From Nemertoderma westbladi (Eukaryota; Animalia; Xenacoelomorpha): a stretch of 64,000 nucleotides of DNA. The position numbers and the translations under genes are program-made. Positions within the stretch are counted from its first letter, which is position 1, and each line of letters begins with the position of its first letter. Below the pieces are notes generated by a model. That model was not told the DNA's origin. It made no database searches and saw only the letters and a program-made list of their open reading frames with translations. The stretch is taken from assembly GCA_032718475.1 (NCBI GenBank), contig JAUCBJ010005083.1, positions 9,139 to 73,138 on the forward strand, in the 5' to 3' direction. This document shows positions 49,139-62,220 of the stretch, piece by piece.

Positions 49139-49618
49139 GTGCCTGGTGACGTCATCGTCAACTGCAGCAAACGATTGGTAAATCTGGAGAATCTTCGTCT
49201 GTGTGGATGCAGCGGGGTAAATTCGAGTTCCGTAGAAGGAATAACTAAATCCATCGGGTTTCAGCTCTCTGAAATCGACTTGACTGCCTGCCCCAACATA
49301 GACGACGAGTGTTTATCCTACATCGCCTTGTATTGCACCGGCATAGAGAGTATACGTCTGGCGCTTTGTCCTCGAATACACGGCATGTCGCTTATTAAGA
49401 TATTCAACGACCCCAAACGCGCATCCCGTATTCGTGCACTCCTCTTCACCAACTGTACGAATCTTGACCCCTCGGTTATCACCTCTGCTGTTACTAACTG
49501 CTCTGGGCTGCGCGCTCTCCTTATAAGCGGGTTGGCGTGGGTTAATGACGAGGTTTTATCGTTGTTAGCGACGCATTGCCCTCAGATCGGTGGGTTGTAC
49601 CTGAAAGGTTGCAAAGAG
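49139..49618 (+). CDS. AMN1-like LRR protein, exon 4 (further exons not located)
   Basis: TTTTAG acceptor, phase 0; LENLRLCGCSGV / IDLTACPNIDD LRRs; GAG|GTAGG donor. Confidence 0.9.
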
Positions 49619-50659
49619 GTAGGCCATAGTTAGTTCCTTACTTACAATAATACAATACAGTTTAAACTGAACTGTCGTTTCATATGTTTCCCGTTTACAC
49701 CATGTCCCAGAATATATAGAGTCGTAATCCAGTGACACCTGCCCCCCCCCCCCCCCCCCCCCCCCTAATTGTTCTACAAATCTTAATAATATTGCATGAA
49801 ATTTGAAGCAGAGATAGATAGTTACACCTCCCGACCACTGACACTGGTGAGCCAGAATTTTTATTTTTGCTTTCAATCTTTAGCTACAAGTGTTTAAAAA
49901 AAGTGTCTCCAGCGATATTACACCAGTTACACCGCAGTTATTCTTCTACCTTATAGCTGTTTGTTGGTACCAATGGAAAGCTGGTCCTGCAAGGATTCCA
50001 AATATGTAATGTAACGTAATTGCCGAGATATAAGCGTTAAAATGTTGAATGGTTTTGTTTGCACCGGCGCGAGGCTATTTTATTCTATTTCGAGCGCACG
50101 TAGGCGCAAGTATCCGGTCAAACCGGCATTTATTTATTTAATTATACATTAATTAAAAACTTATGTTTAAAATAATTAAAAGCGTATGTAAACAGTAAAA
50201 TCATAAATTAAAAAAAGGAATTCAAAGTTTATAATGCAGCACGGGACGGAGGAGGGTTTCAACCAATAGGAAAGTTGGTATTTATCGAATGCCATGGAAT
50301 TCCAGAATGCGGTCGTGTCGCACAGCGAACGGAATGTTTGTCTGCTCGAGGCAGCTAGATATGAATTCACCATTATTCTTCGTACACCATGATGGTGGTT
50401 GGGACTGGAATCGTGAGTTTAGACTATTCTTACTATAGTTATAGATTGCCATTGATTTGAGATCTGGCAGGGGAAAGGATAGCGTGGCATTGCGATACAA
50501 ACTACGTATCCCAGCGTGTTTCGAGTTATCGAGTGGTTGTTGTAACATAATACTGAGAGCTGATTGGAGCGGAATACTCGGGCATTCTTTCACTCTTAAT
50601 ATTCAAATAGTCCAAATATTGACTTGTAAGCTTCACTGGAAAGGGGAAGTGTCTCTGTT

Positions 50660-52060
50660 ACGTAATGTAGAGTATCATTACTGACATAGTTGCTTCCTAT
50701 AGTGAATGTCAAGTGTTTCTATCTGGCTTGAGTTTAATGAGCCAACAATAAATTTAATTCCAAATAATATTGAAGGTACTGCAATTGATTTCCACAGAGT
50801 AATAACAGTACGTAAATTTAATGAGCGAACGGTCCAGGATTGTTTGACGAAATTGGCATAGATGATAGATACCATCCTGATACACCGTTCCAGAGCATCA
50901 GATCCACTTGTTGCTATTACTACTCCAAGGAACTTGATTGCGTCACTCTCATGAATTAAGTTGGAGTTCACATTTATTAGTGGTTGGTGTGCAATTGTCG
51001 TAGTATATATCCATTATGTCTTTGAGGATTCTGTAGTTAGGTTCAGTTGGGTAGGTATAAAACGCGGATCCAGATCCGGATTCCAAAATTATCAATTAAA
51101 GGAAAGGAGCAGGTTACAGTGGTACGTGATTTTAACCAAAACAATAAACTAAAGTCAATAGAACAGGTGATAGTTTTATTTTTGGGAGTTATATAAATGT
51201 AAAAAAAATCGACTTCCGTAGGGACAATGTTAAATGTAGAATCCGGATCCGCGTTTTACTCTGACCCGGTTCGGTTTTCTGCTTTCATTTAAAACAACTG
51301 TTATCATTTGTTCAAGATTTGTTGATGATGGGGCCATTAATAGTAGTATTCATGAGCATAATTAGCTGCACCAAACCATACAGAACCTGTGACAGCCAAG
51401 GCCTTTTTCACATAGTGCATGCATAATATCCGCAATATATATGTTGAACAGGCATGGAGAAGCCAATGAGCCCTGTTTTACACCTTTATGTACTGGTATT
51501 CTTTCGTCTATGATATTTACCATCAACTTTTAGAAAAACCAAGGTTTGTGCGTAATATTATAATAAGACGAGCGCTACATGTGGATTTAATATGTCCTTT
51601 AGATAGAATTCGATACATTCTAGGGCTGCTCGAATGACCTGACCATATCCGAACTAATATTCTTCCTGAAACCATATTGGTAGTCATTCAAGTTTCTGGA
51701 TTTAGACAAGTCATCCTGTAAAATAACTTCAGAATTACACCTTCAAATACTTTAGCCAAGAGGCTAACCGTAGCAATGGGTCGATATGATTGTGTTAATG
51801 ATGAGTCTCTGGCAGTTCCCTTATAGAACTGCGAAATTATCGTTGCACCAAATGACCTAGGAACCTGTCCGAGAGCCAAACTGGAATTTATTATATGAGA
51901 AATCGAGTTACAAATTATTTCTGGATTTGAATGCAAAAAAAGTTCCACAACCAGTGATTTGATATCCGGAGACTTTCCAAGTGAAAGGCTTCCTATGATC
52001 GCTTTAATATTAACTGGAAAGATTGTAATTAGATCTATATCTTTACGCATCAACTCCAAC
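50660..52060 (-). mobile_element. Degenerate LINE RT remnant
   Basis: GKSPD...QSYRPIATVSLLAKVFE and IKFLGV motifs. Confidence 0.7.
51049..51267. mobile_element. MITE with 9-bp TSD (Mutator-like)
   Basis: TIR GGGT...TAAAACGCGGATCC; TSD GGTTCAGTT / GGTTCGGTT. Confidence 0.75.
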
Positions 52061-52634
52061 TCACCTCGTACACCATTAATCCTAGATATGTTGTAATTAG
52101 ATCTATATCTTTACGCATCAAATCCAACTCACGTCGTACACCATTAATCCTAGATATGTTGTAATTAGATCTATATCTTTACGCATCAACTCCAACTCAC
52201 CTCGTACACCATTAATCCTAGATATGTTGTAATTAGATCTATATCTTTACGCATCAAATCCAACTCACGTCGTACACCATTAATCCTAGATATGTTGTAA
52301 TTAGATCTATATCTTTACGCATCAAATCCAACTCACGTCGTACACCATTAATCCTAGATATGTTGTAATTAGATCTATATCTTTACGCATCAACTCCAAC
52401 TCACCTCGTACACCATTAATCCTAGATATGTTGTAATTAGATCTATATCTTTACGCATCAAATCCAACTCACGTCGTACACCATTAATCCTAGATATGTT
52501 GTAATTAGATCTATATCTTTACGCATCAACTCCAACTCACCTCGTACACCATTAATCCTAGATATGTTGTAATTAGATCTATATCTTTACGCATCAACTC
52601 CAACTCACCTCGAACACCATTAATCTTAGACATG
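52023..52634. repeat. 68-bp tandem repeat, 9 copies
   Basis: Period of 68 from TTGTAATTAGATCT; overlaps the end of the LINE reading frame. Confidence 0.95.
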
Positions 52635-54024
52635 TCTTCGATAATTGTTTCATTTCGCCTATGATAATTTTAGCCTAAGCTTTCTCTGAACATCCTCAGG
52701 TATCGACGAGGCGCCGTTTGGGCCACAAAAATATATCTCACAACAATAAACTTGGTTGTTGTGTGTGTGGCGTTTCTCGTCAATCATCTCCCCAACACTA
52801 CAACGAACTTCGTTGTAGTGTGTAAAAATATTTTTGGAAATATTGTGGAGGGAAATTCAAACATTAAATTGTCACTCAATCTGTCTGTTTCTCAAAATAA
52901 AACCAGTCCTACGATAAACTGATTTAGAGCGCTCCTATCCAAAGCCAACAATAGGAAGATCAAGATATATACGAAAATGGGGCGGCATAAAAAGGAAATT
53001 GTATGAGGCGGCGTTTGGGCTACTAAGTGCACGACCGAGGGGATCTACAAACAATATGTGCTGGCGCAGCCTTGATTTAGTTATCATTATTCCGCGACTT
53101 CACAATATTTTCCAAAAATGTTTTCACACACGTTGGGGTGTGTAGGTGAACTAGTTCAAACAGGGGACAATTGCATGAATACACAGCGACAAACTGGGGA
53201 CGATCTACAATCCGGGGACGTCCCCGGAATGAAATGATATCAAAAATGGAATCTACGTACTAAAATTAATGGATTCTGAAAATTTCAGATCATTTCGGCG
53301 ATGTCCCCTGTTCCACCCAAACCTGTCAAATACGTGTGTAAATTTGTGTTTGAGTTTTGAAAATTTCACTGTCCCCAGTATAATGCGATAGTTTCAAGTG
53401 TCCCCTTTTCCATACAGTTAATATAACATTCCAAACACACGTTGTAGTATGGGTGCTGTTGTTCAATGTGGGGACTGGAATCTACAATGTAATTAATATT
53501 TGTGATCTAATTTAACATTTTGACCAATCGCAGCAGTATGTGTGGCATGGTTCAAAATGGGGACTAGGAATTCATTGTCACCTAAAAAGTAGAGATTAAT
53601 TTTAAGTAAGTAGAATATATATGTCGAATGTGCCAATTTGGAAATCAAATACTTTAGTAATCGTGTTTTAAAGCAGAATATGGCGCCCGAATCGTTCGAA
53701 TATATAATTTTATGACAAATTTTCCTGATAAACAACTTGATATACATTTGCAATATACAATTGAAAGTGGTTCATGAAGGACATTCATTAAGAACGTTAC
53801 GTTTCGTTTTCTTACTATAAATTGTATAAGCGGATTCTGACTCAAATTCAAATTCAGTTACTTGGAAATACATCCATATCATCTTTACCAGAAACATTTT
53901 CCGAATCACTATCAGAATTGCATAGATTGTTTTTATCTTCTTGAGAATCACCACAGACCATGTCACAGTTACTCAATGCCGGATAAATAAGTCATGCCAT
54001 GAACGCATGGTTTGCATAACAATA

Positions 54025-55985
54025 ACTACTACTACTAGGATCGGCATGCTGCATTGCCACTGCATTTTTAAGAATGCTGTGCCGGCTTATCGACAAAATT
54101 GCACTGCCACAACTCCCTATCACCCATGACATTTGCTAGATCATCCGCATCTTCAAGGCCAGTGTCCTTTAAGATGCGTCTCAAGAAAGTCATGGGCTGT
54201 CCACCATGCTTATTCACTCCATGAGGCTGCCAAAGTACAAGATTATGCACTGGCTGGTCCTCACGGCGAAAGCAATGTCCTGCAAAGCGGAGGCAATTTT
54301 GTTCTAGTGTCAAGCTTGGGGGAACCAATGAGACACCTCCAATGTTATATAGTGTCTGGTTGGAGATGTGTGCATTGTACTTGACACAATAAACCCGGCG
54401 TAGCATTCTTGTGAATGTGCCATCCAGAGATTTGGTGTCCTCAGCAGTTAGAGCCCAGCATGGACTCCCATAGAGGAGTACTGGAACTACTGCTGCTCTA
54501 AATAATCGGACCTTAAGTGTCCGATTAATTCTCGGTGACTTCCAAATCCTGGAAAGCCTATTCAAGGCTGCCCATGCCTTTCCCTTACATATTCGAAGGT
54601 CCTCACCTGACTTCCGGATCCATGATCCCAGGTAACAGAAGTCATCCACATGCTCAAGCATACTATCTTTGAGCTTATGCTCATCCGATCAGAGACTTGC
54701 TGAGGACTTTCAAAGTTAACTGTCAAAATTTTGGTCTTTCTGGAGTTAATAAAAAGACCAACACTAGAAGCAGCATGTTCTAATGAGCTGAGGAGCCGTT
54801 GGGCTCCCTCTAGTGATTCTGAGAGTACTCCTAAGTCATCAGCAAAGTCTAGATTAGTTAGGTACTTGGCAGGATTTCCTCGACTTATGGAGCCAGTAGG
54901 TGGAGTTATCATCACCCTATCATCATTATGATGATCTAAGGACATGCGTAGAACATAGTCAACAACATTATGAACACGAATGGTGCAAGTGTGCCTCCCT
55001 GGAGGACGCCACATAACACTTCAAATGGTTCTGTCACCGTCAACAGTAGACACAAATGTTGTCGAACCATCGTAGACTGATCTTATTGCTGCAATAATTT
55101 CATCAGGAATCCCATATAATGAAAGTATGCTGAAGATACGTGAGCGAGAGACTGAATCAAAGGCCTTGAAGAAGTCAACAAAGATAACAGCCAGATGCCT
55201 TTCTTTCTTTTTTGTTAACTCTTCAATTATCCTTCTAAGTGCCAAAATAGGCTCCATGGTCCCACGACCTTTACGGAACACATTCTGATTTCCACGGAGC
55301 AGTCTCTCAATGGGATCCCTGATGCGATTTAATATAATTATATTGTATAGCTTTGCAGCAATCGAGATCAATGAGATTCGCCGAAAAGAACCATAGAGTG
55401 TTAGGTTGCCCTTCTTGGGAACTGGCACCAACTTATTTCTTTCCATTTCTTGTGGGACTCTTGTTGTTCGGTACATGTCTACTATGATGGGATAGATGAG
55501 CTTTAAACACTCAGGTATTTTAAAGACCTCAGGGGGAACACCATCTACTCCACTGGCACGATTGGTCTTAATGCTCTTTGCAGCAGCCTTCACTTCTGCA
55601 AAGGAGATATCACCAATGGGAATATCTGGGAGTACAAACTCATACACTTTTACTTCTATAAAGTTATCAGGCAATACCCTGTCATTATTGAGGAGCTTTT
55701 CAAAATGGGCTTTCCAACCATTGAGGCGATCGGCTGGTGATTCAGCCTTAACCTTGGTGGTTGGTTGGCTTTTTCGACCAGCAAGCAAGTTGATCGATCT
55801 CCATGCCTGGGATGATTGCCTGCTGTCGTCAGCATCATTGATGGCATCAACCTGTTGGTTTACTAGCTCCTGTAAATTAACATAGTACTGCCTGTTCAGT
55901 TACCTAGATGCAACCTTAACTGCATTCTTGGCCGCTGTAGTCTGTTTGAGTCGGGACTCTTTCTACGCCTTGTCTTGTAGAGGTA
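54025..55985 (-). mobile_element. RTE-like LINE, 5'-truncated, frameshifted RT
   Basis: ASGVDG, PKKGNL, VDFFKAFDSV, LDFADDL and FCYLGS motifs; (TAG)n tail. Confidence 0.9.
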
Positions 55986-56014
55986 ATAACAACAACAGAC
56001 GCAGTTAACCTTGC

Positions 56015-57341
56015 CCCCAATCCCTAACCTCCTCCAACGACCCTGCCCCACCCACTCCTTCAACATCCAACGACCTCGTCCCACCCACTCCTTCAACCTC
56101 GGACAACCCTGCCTCACCCACTCCTTCGACATCCGACAACCCTGCCCCACTCACTCCTTTAAACTCCAATAACCCTGCCGCACCCACTCCTTCGACATCC
56201 GACAACCCTGCCCCACTCACTACTTAAAACTCCGACAACCCTGCCCCACCCACTCCTTTAAACTCCGACAACCCTGCCCCAGCCACTCCTTTAAACTCCA
56301 ATGACCCTGCCCCATCCACTCCTTTAAACTCCGACAACCCTGTCCTACTCCCTCCTTTAAACTCCAATGACCCTGCCCCACCCACTCCTTCGACATCCGA
56401 CAACCCTGCCCCACTCACTACTTAAAACTCCGACAACCCTGCCCCACCCACTCCTTTAAACTCCGACAACCCTGCCCCAGCCACTCCTTTAAACTCCAAT
56501 GACCCTGCCCCATCCACTCCTTTAAACTCCGACAACCCTGTCCTACTCCCTCCTTTAAACTCCAATGACCCTGCCCCACCCACTCCTTCGACATCCGACA
56601 ACCCTGCCCCACTCACTACTTAAAACTCCGACAACCCTGCCCCACCCACTCCTTTAAATTCCGACAACCCTGCCCCAGCCACTCCTTTAAACTCCAATGA
56701 CCCTGCCCCATCCACTCCTTTAAACTCCGACAACCCTGTCCTACTCACTACTTAAAACTCCGACAACCCTGCCCCACCCACTCCTTTAAACTCCGACAAC
56801 CCTGCCCCAGCCACTCCTTTAAACTCCAATGACCCTGCCCCATCCACTCCTTTAAACTCCGACAACCCTGTCCTACTCACTCCTTTAAACTCCAATGACC
56901 CTACCCCACCCACTCCTTCAACTTCCAACGACCCTGCCCCAATCACTCCTTCAACCTCCAACGACCCTGCCCCACCCACTCCTTTAAACTCCAATGACCC
57001 TGCCCACCCACTCCTTCAACCTTCAACGACCCTGCGCCACCCACTCCTTCAACCTTCAACGACCCTGCCCCACCCACTCCTTCAACCTTCAACGACCCTG
57101 CCCCACTCACTCCTTCAACCTCCGACAACCCTGCCCCACTCACTCCTTTAAACTCCGACAACCCTGCCCCACTCACTCCTTTAAACTCCGACGACCCTGC
57201 ACCACCCCCTCCTTTAAACTCTAATGACCCTGCCCTATCCACACCTTCAACCTCCGACAACCCGGCCCCACTCACTCTTTTAAACTCCGACAACCCTGCC
57301 CCACCCACTCCTTCAACCTCCGACAACCCTGCCCCACTCAC
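56015..57341. repeat. 33-bp C-rich minisatellite with 198-bp higher-order units
   Basis: Unit CCGACAACCCTGCCCCACCCACTCCTTTAAACT; identical ORF translations offset by 198 bp. Confidence 0.95.
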
Positions 57342-59199
57342 AAACTAGATTTCATTAAAATTGAAAACTGACCTCAAAAATGAAATCAGCGGTCAGGAAA
57401 AACCCCATAGCAAAATTCTTAGCATGGTTTTATGCTTTCTTGTTGATATATATATATATATATTGGCAGACTTTCTCACATATTAACAGACAATTTTGAC
57501 GCGGGAAGGTTCAAATTTTAAAGGCAATTATCTCGGAATGTTATTTTTTTGCATAAAAATAGCTTCAGACAATTCAATTTTCAATAAATTTTCAAAAATT
57601 TTACTCCGAGGGGTTCTCTGATGTGCTCTCTTCAGATATCTCGACATCGAATTCTGATTGTTTTATTCCATTATGGAAATAAATGGCCAAAATTGAATAT
57701 AATATTGATAATTTTTAATTTGTCAAAATTAAACAATAAACAAAACCAAAAACAGCTCCAAAATGACAATTGCTAATTAATTTTCGAGATTTTGCTTCGA
57801 GATATCGAAAGAGCATACAAACATTTTTGATGCGATTTGAAAAATTAGAAAGAAAAATACTCAAAATTGAATTTGCTGAAGGTTTTTGGATCTTTATCCA
57901 AAAATTTGTCAATATTTTTCTAAATTTTTGAAAAATTTGAATTTGAATTTTTTATTTTTATTCCTAATTACAAATCTTCCATTGACCTTCATACAAAGTT
58001 ATTGTCGTTTTTGACAATGAGAAGTTTCTCTAACAAGGCAAAATAAAAATTATGGCCATGTAGCGCTACCGGGGCCTTAAAATAATACCTAGGCCAACGT
58101 ATCGTATGTTTTCATTCTTATGTATTTAGTACTAAAGAATTTAACTTGCTTAGTACCCTATCCTACTTGATATGTTCATGCAATCATATGTATTCAAAAA
58201 TATACATTACATACGGATACGGATTACACAGGATTACGTTGTACCTGATTCATACCGGGGACAATTGCATGAATACACAACGACAAACCGGGGACGATTA
58301 ACAATCCGGGGACGTCCCCGGAATGAATTGGTAGCTAAAATGCAATCTACATCAACATTATTTTTTCTCCATATTCAGTACGAAATAAATGAATCGCTTA
58401 TTAAAATATAAATTTTAGAAACGAAATGATACATGTATTGTTTTCTTCTTATATATTAAGTAATTCAGAATTAAAGCATTTAACTATATTATCTGACTGT
58501 AATACTAATAATGTTACGAACATCATGTAGTCAATAATATACCTACAATTATTAGGCACTATGCTGCGAAATTAAATGAATGTATCTCAGGTTTAGTTAA
58601 TTATTTATTTCAAGTTCATTGGTTATTTTGATTATTATCACAAATAGCAATAAAAATATTAAAATATTTAGTTAAAATTGGTATAGCAAAAAGGAAATCT
58701 ACGTATTGTTTCCTCACATCAAAATCATATTGCAGAGTTAGTTACGAATACAAGGATTTTAAGATTATGGCTGCCCATTGAACCCTTTCTATTTCTCAAG
58801 AATATTCCAGAACATTATTTGTTATCCAATCACATATCGTCTGACACGGCAGCACATTGTTTAATGTTTAACATTCGGTAGAGTTAATGATTGTGTATAC
58901 TCTACCTGAAATGTGCTCAATCACACTGGGGACCGGGTCGTGATTGGACAAAAACTTAAACACACCAGTGAAATGTGTATGTATGATGTCCCCACTTCAA
59001 CCCAAGAGTAACAAATAAGCAATCTTTAGAGTTGATAAATTTTGAAACAATAGAATGACGTAAAATGGTCTCCTGAGTCTATTGGTGCCAAAATAATTTA
59101 ATTTAAACCAAGAATAAAGAAGTTATAAGGAAATCAATATCGACCCCAGAACCGACCGATAGAAATAACGGTCCCCAGAATGGGGGTTGTACAAAGAGG

Positions 59200-59218
59200 G
59201 GTGTGTGTGTGTGTGTGT

Positions 59219-59266
<48 letters not shown>

Positions 59267-59575
59267 GTAGTATAAAAAACCTATAAATGAGGCCACCAAC
59301 TACTCCTGTGTGTGTGTGTGTGTGTGTGTGTGTAAGTAGTATAAAAAACCTATAAATGAGGCCACCAACTACTCCTGTGTGTGTGTGTGTGTGTGTGTAA
59401 GTAGTATAAAAAACCTATAAATGAGGCCACCAACTACTCCTGTGTGTGTGTGTGTGTGTGTGTAAGTAGTATAAAAAACCTATAAATGAGGCCACCAACT
59501 ACTCCTGTGTGTGTGTGTGTGTGTGTGTGTGTAAGTAGTATAAAAAACCTATAAATGAGGCCACCAACTACTCCC
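59200..59575. repeat. Composite repeat: (GT)n plus a 42-bp unit, 5 copies
   Basis: AAGTAGTATAAAAAACCTATAAATGAGGCCACCAACTACTCC alternating with variable GT tracts; related sequence at 63780-63950. Confidence 0.95.
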
Positions 59576-59957
59576 AGGTTAAAATTTACTCCTTATAATG
59601 CACGGCACGTGGAGTTACTTCAATATATATTAAACAAATAATAGGTTCTCATACGCTGATCAAAGGTCATTGTAGATAAAAAAAAATGAGAATGTATGAG
59701 TAGGCTTTGGTTGGAAACTAAGATATTGAAACCTCCGAGGTATTGAAAGTTAATTAAAGTAATTTTTATAATGACTTGCATTCTATATAGTTTAATCTTG
59801 GGATCAAAGGTTAATGTTAGAAGTAAGATGTAATCTATAAATAATTGGTTTAAAGAAATAAAATATATATAAAATGGCAAGTTTATCAAATACACAAAAT
59901 CAGTCAGGTAAACATTCAGTTGAATTGCACATGAGCAAGCAATTATATAGCAAATAT

Positions 59958-60548
59958 AAAATTCGCTTTCAACTGCCTTTTTAGCCGCCGAGATATAGAA
60001 AATTCGCTTTCAACTGCCTTTTTAGCCGCCGAGATATAGAAAATTCGCTTTCAACTGCCTTTTTAGCCGCCGAGATATAGAAAATTCGCTTTCAGCGGCC
60101 TTTTTAGCCGCCGAGACATATAAAATTCGCTTTCAACTGCCTTTTTAGCCGCCGAGATATAGAAAATTCGCTTTCAGCGGCCTTTTTAGCCGCCGAGATA
60201 TAGAAAATTCGCTTTCAGCGGCCTTTTTAGCCGCCGAGACATATAAAATTCGCTTTCAACTGCCTTTTTAGCCGCCGAGATATAGAAAATTCGCTTTCAG
60301 CGGCCTTTTTAGCCGCCGAGATATAGAAAATTCGCTTTCAGCGGCCTTTTTAGCCGCCGAGACATATAAAAATCGCTTTCAGCGGCCTTTTTAGCCGCCG
60401 AGACATATAAAATTCGCTTTCAGCGGCCTTTTTAGCCGCCGAGATATAGAAAATTCGCTTTCAGCGGCCTTTTTAGCCGCCGAGATATAGAAAATTCGCT
60501 TTCAGCGGCCTTTTTGGCCGCTGAGATATAGAAAATTCGCTTTCAGCG
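59958..60548. repeat. 41-bp tandem repeat, ~14 copies
   Basis: AAAATTCGCTTTCAGCGGCCTTTTTAGCCGCCGAGATATAG. Confidence 0.95.
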
Positions 60549-60604
60549 TCAGATCGATTTTGGTATGTTTTTGGCACTTTTTCCGGAGGAACCGGATCCG
60601 GATC

Positions 60605-62220
60605 GCCCCAATATGTGGGACACGGCTATATGAACGGGGTCACTCCAATGTTTCCCGGACACGGCTAAGTTAATCGGGTCACCCCAGTGTATCCCGGACA
60701 CGGCTAAATGAACCGTGTCACTCCAATGTGTCCCGGACACGGCTAAGTGAGCCGGATCACTCCAATGTGTCCCGGACTCGGCTAAGTGAACCAGGTCACT
60801 CCAATGTGTCCCGGACACGGCTAAGTGAACCGGGTGTCTCCAATGTATCCCGGACACGGCTAAGTGAACCGAGTGTCTCCAATGTGTCCCGGACACGGCT
60901 AAGTGAACCGGATCACTCCAATGTGTCCCGGACACGGCTAAGTGAATTGGATCACCCCAATGTGTCCTGGACACGGCTAAGTGAACCGGGTGTCTTCAAT
61001 GTGTCCCGGACACGGCTAAGTGAACCGAATCACTCCAATGTGTCCCGGACACTGCTAAGTGAATTGGATCACCCCAATGTGTCCTGGACACGGCTAAGTG
61101 AACCAGGTCACTCCAATGTGTCCCGGACACGGCTAAGTGAACCGGGTGTCTCCAATGTATCCCAGACACGGCTAAGTGAACCGGGTGTCTCCAATTTGTT
61201 CCGGACACGGCTAAGTGAACCGGGTGTCTCCAATGTGTCCCGGGCATGGCTAAGTGAACCGGGTGTCTCCAATGTGTCCCGGACACGGCTAAGTGAACCG
61301 GGTGCCTCCAATGTATCCCGGACACGGCTAAGTGAACCGGGTGTCTCCAATATGTCCCGGACACGGCTAAGTGAACCGGGTCTCTCCAATGTGTCCTGGA
61401 CACGGCTAAGTGAACCGGGTGTCTCCAATGTGTCCCGGATACGGCTAAGTGAACCGGGTGGGTGTCTCCAATGTATCCTGGACACGGCTAAGTGAACCGG
61501 GTCACTCCAATGTGTCCCGGACACGGCTAAGTGAACCGGGTCTCTCCAATGTGTCCCGGACACGGCTAAGTGAACCGGGTCACTCCAATGTGTCCCGGAC
61601 ACGGCTAAGTGAACCGGGTGTCTCCAATGTGTCCCGGATACGGCTAAGTGAACCGGGTGGGTGTCTCCAATGTGTCCCGGACACGGCTAAGTGAACCGGG
61701 TCACCCCAATGTGTCCCGGACACGGCTAAGTGAACCGGGTCACTCCAATGTGTCCCGGACACGGCTAAGTGAACCGGGTGTCTCCAATGTGTCCCGGATA
61801 CGGCTAAGTGAACCGGGTGGGTGTCTCCAATGTGTCCTGGACACGGCTAAGTGAACAGGGTCACTCCAATGTGTCCCGGACACGGCTAAGTGAACCGGGT
61901 CTCTCCAATGTGTCCCGGACACGGCTAAGTGAACCGGGTCACTCCAATGTGTCCCGGACATGGCTAAGTGAACCGGGTGTCTCCAATGTGTCCTGGACAC
62001 GGCTAAGTGAACCGGGTCACTCCAATGTGTCCCGGACACGGCTAAGTGAACCGGGTCTCTCCAATGTGTCCCGGACACGGCTAAGTGAACCGGGTCACTC
62101 CAATGAGTCCCGGACACGGCTAAGTGAACCGGGTGTCTCCAATGTGTCCCGGATACGGCTAAGTGAACCGGGTGGGTGTCTCCAATGTGTCCCGGACACG
62201 GCTAAGTGAACCGGTCTCCA
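60605..62220. repeat. 39-bp tandem repeat, ~41 copies
   Basis: CCAATGTGTCCCGGACACGGCTAAGTGAACCGGGTCACT with internal palindrome GTGTCC-C-GGACAC. Confidence 0.95.

Noticed and set aside
55896-57341. Gly-rich repeat ORFs
   Set aside because: Translation of a 33-bp minisatellite with frame breaks and no gene structure.
60549-62209. Long repetitive ORFs (SRTRLSEPG / HLAVSGTHW)
   Set aside because: By-product of a 39-bp unit open on both strands and broken by 43-bp variants.
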